A DNA stretch of 59,515 nucleotides, filler included. It is 5 parts of 5 records of this genome, joined end to end, with 100 filler letters (N's around TTAATTAATTAA, not from the genome) between each part and the next. Parts side by side here need not be neighbours in the genome. Positions count along the whole stretch, not along the records: positions 41,826 to 48,794 come from SRR31156797_5191; positions 48,895 to 59,515 come from SRR31156797_5206; 3 more parts are not named here. One strand, 5' to 3'. The notes below the pieces were generated by a model that worked only from the letters and a program-made list of their open reading frames with translations, had not been told where the DNA came from and did no database searches. Both the position numbers and the translations under genes were made by a program. This document shows, one piece after another, positions 48,601 to 55,655 of this stretch. Position 1 is the stretch's first letter. Each line of letters begins with the position of its first letter.

Positions 48601-48794
48601 AGCCCGATGGGGAGGTATCCATTCATTTAATACGAACAAATGGAGTTTGTAAGATTAAGGTCAGGGATAATGGAGTTGGTATTCCTGCCGAAAATCTTGA
48701 TAAGATATTTAACCTGGATGGCAACGTAAGCACTCGTGGAACTGAAGGGCAAAAAGGTACCGGATTGGGGTTGGTACTCTGTAAAGAATTTGTA
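45639..48794 (+). CDS. Beta-propeller/Y_Y_Y sensor histidine kinase, 3'-truncated
   Basis: Repeated Reg_prop motifs (D..G.LWIGT..GL), Y_Y_Y domain, PPW + TM, KFFSIIGHDL, NLLANALKFT, DNGVG, GTGLGL. Confidence 0.93.
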
Positions 48795-48894
48795 NNNNNN
48801 NNNNNNNNNNNNNNNNNNNNNNNNNNNNNNNNNNNNNNTTAATTAATTAANNNNNNNNNNNNNNNNNNNNNNNNNNNNNNNNNNNNNNNNNNNN
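48795..48894. other. Artificial contig linker
   Basis: 44 N + TTAATTAATTAA + 44 N. Confidence 0.99.
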
Positions 48895-48924
48895 AAGAGA
48901 CGCTATATTTGTATTGATTCTCAT
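48895..48924 (-). CDS. Flagellin, first 10 codons (truncated by contig end)
   Basis: RBS AAGGGG then MRINTNIASL, the typical flagellin N-terminus. Confidence 0.78.
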
Positions 48925-49215
48925 TTACTTTTCCCCTTTTAGTTTCATTTGTATGTCATTTATAGAGGCATTATAATTGAACAAATCTTAATTAAAGCTT
49001 AAATATTAGCTCTTTCAGAAGCTAAAAAGCCTTTACTTGTGGGATTTGATAGACAATTCTTTTATATAGTTTAAGAATAATCTTAAATTAAGAATTGGAT
49101 ATAAATTAGTGATAAGAATTATTTTTAATTATACATAATAAAAGTCAATTTGTACTTTAATAGATTCTTAGATACAATTTACCTTATTTTTAAACAAAAC
49201 AAGGTAACTACAATT

Positions 49216-49827
49216 ATGATAAAATTAGCACTTACTTCAATTACTCTATCAACTTTTTTATTAGGGTCGACTACAATGTGTTTTAAAAAAGATCATTTAG
49301 ATCCAAGCAGTATTGAATCTATCGCACTTGATGGTGGAGAGTGTCAAGGGAAGTTCTCAGTAGAGGATATGAAAAAGCAAGGATACGATGTAAAAGATAT
49401 CAAGATCACTTTAGGTGAGAATGGTATGAACTATATGTATATTTTTTCAAAAGAGAAAATAGTTTTAGGTGGGCAAAATACTACTGGTGGAAAGGCTTTA
49501 ACAAAAGAGCAGTTAAAAGCATATTTATATGAGATAAACGAAGAGGAAAAACAAAAACAAGAGCAAGAGGAACTTCATGGAAGTTTAACTGAGGGAAAAG
49601 AGATCTATGAATCAAAATGTTTTCAATGCCATGGAGATGGAAAAGAGAGATATGGGAGAGCAAGAGCTTTAAGTACTTTAAGTGTTGATGAGATCGAATC
49701 TAAGATCAAAGATTATGAATATGATCGAGTAAAGAGTATCACTGCTATGGTTATGAAGCCTTATGCTGTAGGGTTAACAAATAAAACAGTAAAAAGTGTT
49801 GCAAGCTATATACAAACTTTAAAATAA
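49216..49827 (+). CDS. Exported monoheme c-type cytochrome with an extra N-terminal domain
   Basis: Signal peptide from ATG 49216 (RBS AAGG); CFQCH heme motif; distal Met (VMKPYA); c553-like C-terminal domain. Confidence 0.85.
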   Translation: MIKLALTSITLSTFLLGSTTMCFKKDHLDPSSIESIALDGGECQGKFSVEDMKKQGYDVKDIKITLGENGMNYMYIFSKEKIVLGGQNTTGGKALTKEQLKAYLYEINEEEKQKQEQEELHGSLTEGKEIYESKCFQCHGDGKERYGRARALSTLSVDEIESKIKDYEYDRVKSITAMVMKPYAVGLTNKTVKSVASYIQTLK

Positions 49828-49845
49828 TTTTAGAGTTTGTGTAGG

Positions 49846-50037
49846 TTACGCAGTAATTACTTTTGCTAAAACTCCAATCATAATTACCATGAATATTGCA
49901 AGTTGCCAATTCATTTGGGCATTTATACGTGATTCAAATCGTACCATTCTCTCTTCACTTTTAGTCTCAATATTTTCAATAGCTTCAAATAATTTTTTAT
50001 TTATATCATTCTGAGTGATAGTTTGTCCAACTTCCAT
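49846..50037 (-). CDS. Small coiled-coil protein with C-terminal TM anchor
   Basis: 63 aa; RBS AAAGGG; has its own consensus promoter. Confidence 0.75.
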   Translation of the reverse strand: MEVGQTITQNDINKKLFEAIENIETKSEERMVRFESRINAQMNWQLAIFMVIMIGVLAKVITA

Positions 50038-50064
50038 TGTAAAACCCTTTTAATATTTGAAATC

Positions 50065-50093
50065 ATTATATAAATTTTTATGTAAAAAGTCAA
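50065..50093 (-). promoter_or_regulatory. Sigma70 promoter of the 63-aa gene
   Basis: TTGACT-17 nt-TATAAT on the minus strand. Confidence 0.75.
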
Positions 50094-50108
50094 TAGAACT
50101 TTACCCAT

Positions 50109-50138
50109 AAAAAAAGGCTGGGATAAACCCAACCTTTT
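50109..50138 (-). terminator. Intrinsic terminator of the MOMP gene
   Basis: Minus strand AAAAGGTTGGG-TTTAT-CCCAGCCTTTTTTT. Confidence 0.85.
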
Positions 50139-50168
50139 AAAGTCATTTGTAACTAATTTAGTGACTGA

Positions 50169-51254
50169 TTAGAATTTGTATTCAATCTCTAAGTTAACTT
50201 GATCATTTTCAGCACCAAATGCTTCATAATCAGAGTAGAATACTTCGATATCTAGGTTTTTTCCCCAGTCATATTTAGCAGATACTAAAAGCTCAGAAGC
50301 TTCATCATCACCAGCTTTATCACCTTCAGCCCATGCATAATCGATTCCAAAGCTATAGTCACCCATAGACATACCAGCACCGATTAAGAATGCATTGATA
50401 TCTTCTGCAGCAGCACTTGCAGCATCTAAAGATAATTGCTCTAAGTAAAAGTCAGACTCAGCATCACCATCTTCGAAAGAAACACCAGCTCCTACAGAAT
50501 CTGTAGTCCACGCATATGCACCATGTACATTAAATGCATCGATGTCAGCACCAACAATGATTTTACCTAAAGTTGCAGTGTCATCACCAGCTGCATCGTA
50601 TTCGATTGCAGAGTATCTTGCAGCAACAGATACGATATCAAATTTAGCATCAGCAGCAAGTGAGTAAGCATTTTCAACACCAGCATCTTCAGCAGTTGCA
50701 TACCATAAAGAAGCGTTAACTGGTCCAAAAGATCCGATTACAGCAGCAGCAGAAATTTCATTTTCTCCACCGATTCTTTTAACGTTTACTCTGTGAGCAG
50801 CCGCTAAAGTAACAGGTCCTACGTTATATAATGCAGTAATACCATCAGCTTTATCATCATCAAACATTGGAGTTCCAACATTTTGCTTTCCTAATAATAC
50901 TGTAGCTCCACCATTAACATATTGGAAATACATAGCAGATACAGTGATCTCATCAGAATCACCAGTGTTTGTATTGTCTGTAGAGTTAGCTACTGTTTCG
51001 TTATCAGCTTGTAATCCTAAAACTGCAGTTACATTATCATTAACTGGAGCTTTGAATTTGATATCTAAATCATACTCAACTTGAGTAGTATCATTGTTAC
51101 TTCCATCAGGGATATCATTTTGGATATCTAATTGGAATTGTCCAGATACATCTACACCTTTGATAGCTTCAGATAAATCTTTTGCAGATGCAGTAGAAGA
51201 AAGACTAGCTACAGCTAAAGCAGCTACAAGTGACATTTTGATTGTGTTTTTCAT
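50169..51254 (-). CDS. porA: Major outer membrane protein (Campylobacterota MOMP porin)
   Basis: MKNTIKMSLVAALAVA signal, L.EAIKGVDVSG N-terminal motif, terminal YKF, strongly biased codons. Start ATG 51254 with RBS AAAGGA. Confidence 0.88.
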   Translation of the reverse strand: MKNTIKMSLVAALAVASLSSTASAKDLSEAIKGVDVSGQFQLDIQNDIPDGSNNDTTQVEYDLDIKFKAPVNDNVTAVLGLQADNETVANSTDNTNTGDSDEITVSAMYFQYVNGGATVLLGKQNVGTPMFDDDKADGITALYNVGPVTLAAAHRVNVKRIGGENEISAAAVIGSFGPVNASLWYATAEDAGVENAYSLAADAKFDIVSVAARYSAIEYDAAGDDTATLGKIIVGADIDAFNVHGAYAWTTDSVGAGVSFEDGDAESDFYLEQLSLDAASAAAEDINAFLIGAGMSMGDYSFGIDYAWAEGDKAGDDEASELLVSAKYDWGKNLDIEVFYSDYEAFGAENDQVNLEIEYKF

Positions 51255-51573
51255 TTGTTTCCTTTGTTTGTAAATTTCGAAATTTAACAATTGCGTACAA
51301 CAAGTTATAAGTTGACTATAGCCTATCTACAGTAACTCACGCAACGTTACTGGCAATTTTCACATTAGAAAGCTTATATACTGCTTAAAAATTTATCAAA
51401 AAGGTGACAAAAGTGTAATTTTAAGTAATATTTAAGCTAGTAAAGCAGGAGTGTATAACTTATAATAGGTATAAGTGAAAGTTAGGATTTAAAAATATTT
51501 TAGTATACTTCGGTTTTAAAAGTAGCTAATGGTTTAACATAATAATCAAAAAAAAATTCAAGAGTGTAGATTT

Positions 51574-53190
51574 ATGACGAAATATATATTTGTAACAGGT
51601 GGAGTATTAAGTAGTTTAGGAAAAGGGATCACAAGTGCATCGATTGCTGCCCTTTTAAAACAAAGTGGATTTAATGTAAGTATGTTAAAGATTGATCCCT
51701 ATTTAAATGTGGACCCAGGGACTATGAGTCCTTTGGAGCATGGAGAGGTTTTTGTAACAGCAGATGGAGCAGAAACAGATCTTGATATCGGGCATTATGA
51801 GAGATTTATCTCTAAAACTTTAAGTAGTGCAAATAACTTTACTACTGGGCAAGTGTATAGCTCAGTGATCCAAAGAGAGCGTGAGGGTGGATATCTTGGA
51901 CAAACTATTCAGGTGATTCCTCATATTGTAGATGAGATCAAAAGTAGAATTTATGCTGCTGGGAAAGGGCATGACTTTTTAATTGTTGAGCTTGGTGGAA
52001 CAGTGGGAGATATTGAAGGGTTGCCATTTTTAGAAGCAGTTAGGGAAGTAAGACATGAGAATCCAAAAACTACAACTATGAATATTCATGTAACCCTTAT
52101 ACCTTATATAGCCGCAGCAGGAGAGCTTAAAACAAAACCTACACAACACTCAGTTACTGAACTTAGACGTATTGGTATTATGCCACATATGCTTGTTTGT
52201 AGAACAGAACAAAGGTTACCAAGTGATCTAAAAAGGAAACTTGCTTATAGCTGTGATGTGGATGAAGATGCAGTGATTGAAGCAGGGGATGCAGGGACTA
52301 TTTATCAAGTTCCTATGAACTTTTTAAAAGAGGATATCTTAAAACCGATTGCAAAACATTTTGAGATCGAAAAGATTGACCCAGATATGGATCAATGGGA
52401 TCATTTAGTAAAACATATTTTAGCACCTAAAGATGAGATCAATATCGCTTTTGTAGGAAAATATCTTGAACTAAAAGAGTCATATAAGTCATTAATAGAG
52501 GCTTTAACTCATGCAGGAGCTCATTTAAATGCAAAAATCTCTATCAATTGGTGTGATAGTGAAAAGATAGAACAACAAGGTGCAGAAAAGATCATAGCTG
52601 ATAGCTCATGCGTTTTAGTTGCTGGTGGTTTTGGAGAAAGAGGAGTTGAGGGAAAAATTGAAGCGATTCATTATGCTCGAACCAATAAACTTCCATATCT
52701 TGGGATATGTCTTGGGATGCAGTTAAGTATCATTGAGTTTTTACGAAATGTTGTGGGGATTGATGAAGCAAATAGTGTGGAGTTTGATAAAGATACAAAA
52801 GAACCAGCTATCTATTTGATAGAACAGTTTTTAGATACTACAGGAGATACACAGCTTCGAACTCATGAGTCACCAATGGGTGGAACACTCAGACTTGGTG
52901 AGTATCCATTTAAACCAAAAAAAGGTAGCCATTTAGAGGCTGCATATGGAAGTGGAATATCACATGAAAGACATAGACATAGATATGAGGCAAACCCAGC
53001 ATATAAAACTATCTTAGAGAAAAACGGGATGAAAATCACTGGTGAATCTAATGGCTTAATTGAAGTTGTTGAGATTCCTGAACATCCATGGTTTGTAGGA
53101 GTTCAGTTCCATCCTGAGTTTACAAGTAGTCTTCAAAAACCAAATCCTATTATTTTTGATTTTGTAAAAAATGGGCTAGAGAAAAAGTAG
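51574..53190 (+). CDS. pyrG: CTP synthase
   Basis: [48 protein letters not shown]. Confidence 0.98.
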   Translation: MTKYIFVTGGVLSSLGKGITSASIAALLKQSGFNVSMLKIDPYLNVDPGTMSPLEHGEVFVTADGAETDLDIGHYERFISKTLSSANNFTTGQVYSSVIQREREGGYLGQTIQVIPHIVDEIKSRIYAAGKGHDFLIVELGGTVGDIEGLPFLEAVREVRHENPKTTTMNIHVTLIPYIAAAGELKTKPTQHSVTELRRIGIMPHMLVCRTEQRLPSDLKRKLAYSCDVDEDAVIEAGDAGTIYQVPMNFLKEDILKPIAKHFEIEKIDPDMDQWDHLVKHILAPKDEINIAFVGKYLELKESYKSLIEALTHAGAHLNAKISINWCDSEKIEQQGAEKIIADSSCVLVAGGFGERGVEGKIEAIHYARTNKLPYLGICLGMQLSIIEFLRNVVGIDEANSVEFDKDTKEPAIYLIEQFLDTTGDTQLRTHESPMGGTLRLGEYPFKPKKGSHLEAAYGSGISHERHRHRYEANPAYKTILEKNGMKITGESNGLIEVVEIPEHPWFVGVQFHPEFTSSLQKPNPIIFDFVKNGLEKK

Positions 53191-53197
53191 AATAAAC

Positions 53198-53659
53198 GTG
53201 ACTAGAAAAGAGAAAATAGAACATAACCAAGAGGAACTAAAACAAAATCCAGAGTTAGATAAAATCTCAGCTGAAGTATTGGATCATATGATGAATCCAA
53301 GAAACTACGGTGAGATGGCACACCCAAGTGGTGTAGGACAGGCTGTTAGTCCAAAGTCAAATGAATTTGCTAATGTATATATTAGAGTTGAAGATGATAT
53401 GATCACAGATATCTCTTTTGGATGTAGATCTTGTCAAGATACCACAGTAGCTGGATCAATTTTTACTACAATGGTAAAAGGGATCAGCGTAAAAGAATCG
53501 CTGGAGATTATGAAGCAAATGGAAGAACAGATTCAAATCGCTCCTAAAAAACAGCAACTTGCTTCTAGGATGATTCTAAAAGCTTTTGAGTCAGCTGTAC
53601 AAAATATGGAAAATAGAAAAACGATTGTAGATCAAGAGATAGTGAGTGTAGAGCTTTAA
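53198..53659 (+). CDS. IscU/NifU N-terminal-like scaffold protein, atypical Cys pattern
   Basis: DHMMNPRNYG, ITDISFGCRSC..T..AGS. Confidence 0.8.
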   Translation: MTRKEKIEHNQEELKQNPELDKISAEVLDHMMNPRNYGEMAHPSGVGQAVSPKSNEFANVYIRVEDDMITDISFGCRSCQDTTVAGSIFTTMVKGISVKESLEIMKQMEEQIQIAPKKQQLASRMILKAFESAVQNMENRKTIVDQEIVSVEL

Positions 53660-53665
53660 AGTCTA

Positions 53666-53694
53666 TTGACTTTGGATTTTTGTTTTGTTATAAT
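53666..53694 (+). promoter_or_regulatory. Strong sigma70 promoter; predicted TSS near 53701
   Basis: TTGACT (53666-53671), 17-nt spacer, TG-n-TATAAT (53686-53694). Confidence 0.85.
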
Positions 53695-53700
53695 CTACTT

Positions 53701-53841
53701 GAAAAAACAATTTAGTCATACTCTATCGTGATGAAAGGGTGTATAGATTAGGTGAAGGAAGTCATGAACCTTCACCTTTTTTTATGTCTGTACATCCAAA
53801 GTCACGATAGAAGGAGGTTAAAGTGACTAGATTGTTTTTCA
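53701..53841 (+). ncRNA. Long rod-like RNA leader (or about 83-nt terminated sRNA) that occludes the toxin start codon
   Basis: Nested helices 53701-53719/53823-53840, 53722-53732/53801-53811, 53737-53747/53787-53797, 53750-53758/53769-53777, with several G-U pairs valid only on the + strand. Confidence 0.7.
53750..53783 (+). terminator. Intrinsic terminator/attenuator inside the leader
   Basis: AGGTGAAGG-10 nt-CCTTCACCT followed by a T-run. Confidence 0.75.
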
Positions 53842-53921
53842 TAATACTTTTGGTAACTATTATAGTTACTAAGCTGTATTAAAAGACTTTGGGAAGTAGT
53901 CTTAAAATACTTCCTCCTCCT
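53780..53921 (-). ncRNA. Candidate Sib-like antisense antitoxin RNA (3' end uncertain)
   Basis: Minus-strand -10 TAAAAT (53931-53926); 5' purine run and hairpin AGGAAGTA/TACTTCCC; would cover the whole peptide ORF and SD. Confidence 0.5.
53823..53882 (+). CDS. Ibs-like type I toxin peptide, 19 aa (MTRLFFIILLVTIIVTKLY)
   Basis: Perfect SD AAGGAGG (53811-53817), GTG start, single hydrophobic helix ending in Tyr; length and pattern resemble E. coli Ibs toxins. Below the ORF-track cutoff. Confidence 0.75.
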   Translation: MTRLFFIILLVTIIVTKLY

Positions 53922-53945
53922 TATTATTTTAGAAGTTAATAGAAA

Positions 53946-55136
53946 ATGAATAGAGAAAATATCAATTTTACCCACGCTCAAACACAAATCCTAGAAAATA
54001 TAAAAAAAGACTTTTCTATGTGGAATGAGTCCTCTTTTGAAGAGGTTTTTCCACATCATTTAGAAGAGAAATATTCTGGGAAGCAACTTTCCAAAAAAAT
54101 TTTTGAATTTTTTGTAGCAAAACACAAAGCGTTAAAAGAGCAACAAAACGATTATAGTAGCTTTGAAAATATAAAGTATGAACCAAGAAAATATAGCTTC
54201 CAAACAATTGAAAAACAAGGGTTTGGCCTTGGATCTTGCCCAGTTGCAAGTGAGTCTACAAGGTGTTGTAATCTTCTAACCTTAGATGCAGTAGAATCTT
54301 GTGGTTTTGATTGTTCTTATTGCTCTATTCAAAGCTTTTATAATCAAAATAAAATAGGTTTTGATAAGGACTTTACTAAAAAATTAGAAGCTCTTGAACT
54401 TGATCCTCATCAAACCTATCATATAGGAACAGGTCAAAGCTCAGATTCTTTGATGTGGGGAAATCGAGAGGGAGTTTTAGATGCTCTTTTTGCTTTTGCT
54501 AAAAAATATCCAAATGTAATTTTAGAATTCAAAACAAAATCAAATAATATTAAGTATTTTTTAGATCATGTTGTACCTAAAAATATTATTGTGACATGGT
54601 CTTTAAATACACAAACAATTATTGATAACGAAGAGCATCTTACAGCGAGTTTAGAAGAGCGTATAAAAAGTGCAAGAGCTTTAGCCGATATTGGGGTACT
54701 TGTAGGATTTCATTTTCATCCAATAGTGGTGTATAAAAACTATTTAATGGAGTATAAAGAGGTTTATGATACTTTATTGAAAACTTTTTCTTTTGAAGAA
54801 GTAGTACTGATCTCTATGGGAACACTTACTTTTATAAAGCCTGTTATGAAAAAATTGCGGATGCGGGGAATGAAAACAAAAATACTTCAAATGCCTTTTG
54901 AGGAGATTGCGGGAAAACAATCGTATCCAATGGAGCTAAAAAAAGAGATGTTTGAACACTGTTATAAAAGCTTTGAACCATGGCATGGGAAGGTATATTT
55001 TTATATGTGCATGGAAGCACACTCTTTATGGAAAGAGGTCTTTGGATATGAATACTCTTCAAATAATCAAATGGAAGAGTTTATGAAAAATTCCTATTTT
55101 GAAAAAATTCATAAGAAGAGATATAAAGAGTTTTAA
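53946..55136 (+). CDS. Radical SAM protein, spore photoproduct lyase-like family
   Basis: CGFDCSYC (CX3CX2C), SDSL, LEFKTKS, WSLN, ASLEERI..AR, FHFHPI. Confidence 0.85.
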   Translation: MNRENINFTHAQTQILENIKKDFSMWNESSFEEVFPHHLEEKYSGKQLSKKIFEFFVAKHKALKEQQNDYSSFENIKYEPRKYSFQTIEKQGFGLGSCPVASESTRCCNLLTLDAVESCGFDCSYCSIQSFYNQNKIGFDKDFTKKLEALELDPHQTYHIGTGQSSDSLMWGNREGVLDALFAFAKKYPNVILEFKTKSNNIKYFLDHVVPKNIIVTWSLNTQTIIDNEEHLTASLEERIKSARALADIGVLVGFHFHPIVVYKNYLMEYKEVYDTLLKTFSFEEVVLISMGTLTFIKPVMKKLRMRGMKTKILQMPFEEIAGKQSYPMELKKEMFEHCYKSFEPWHGKVYFYMCMEAHSLWKEVFGYEYSSNNQMEEFMKNSYFEKIHKKRYKEF

Positions 55137-55257
55137 CATATAAAAAAGTAAAAAGTGTTACAATATAGAAAGTAAACTAATAAGAAATAAAATATTTATT
55201 GAAAAAAATGTCGTCTTATTTAAAATTAGACAAAATTATATTGAAACATTTTAGGAT

Positions 55258-55650
55258 TTGAAATTGGAACTCGAAAAAAAAGATGCAACAAAAAGTACCC
55301 CAGAAATAGAGTTTGACAACTCAAAAGGGGTTCTTAATATCATAGGAAATTCATATCCAGAAAATTCATATGAATTTTATGATTTTTTATTAAAATGGGT
55401 TGATGAGTATCTCAATACTTCTTCAGATACACTGCAATTGGATATGGAGATTATCTATATGAACTCTGGTACTTCAAAAGTTTTTTATGATCTTTTTTCC
55501 TTATTAGTAGAGTTGAAACAAAGTGGTAAAAATATTATAATTCGTTGGATATATGATGAAGAGAACTCTTCTGCTTTAGAGAATGGGGAAGATTACCAAG
55601 AAGACTTTGAAGAGTTAGAGATTCAACTTGTTGAAAAAGATACTGATTAA
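55258..55650 (+). CDS. siaC: SiaC / DUF1987 family phosphoprotein
   Basis: TKSTPEIEFD, GNSYPEN..EFY, YMNSGTSK, WIYDEEN...GEDY. Confidence 0.88.
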   Translation: MKLELEKKDATKSTPEIEFDNSKGVLNIIGNSYPENSYEFYDFLLKWVDEYLNTSSDTLQLDMEIIYMNSGTSKVFYDLFSLLVELKQSGKNIIIRWIYDEENSSALENGEDYQEDFEELEIQLVEKDTD

Positions 55651-55655
55651 ATTTT

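Noticed and set aside
45639-48794. Sensor kinase lacking receiver and AraC domains as an unusual architecture
   Set aside because: The gene is cut by the contig end inside the HATPase domain, so its C-terminus cannot be judged.
53701-53841. Rod-like RNA as 6S RNA
   Set aside because: Shorter than typical 6S, contains an internal terminator, and its 3' arm carries a perfect SD and peptide ORF; not fully excluded without an Rfam scan.
53802-53987. 61-aa minus-strand ORF
   Set aside because: No RBS, overlaps the radical SAM gene start, and is better explained as the antisense strand of the toxin locus.
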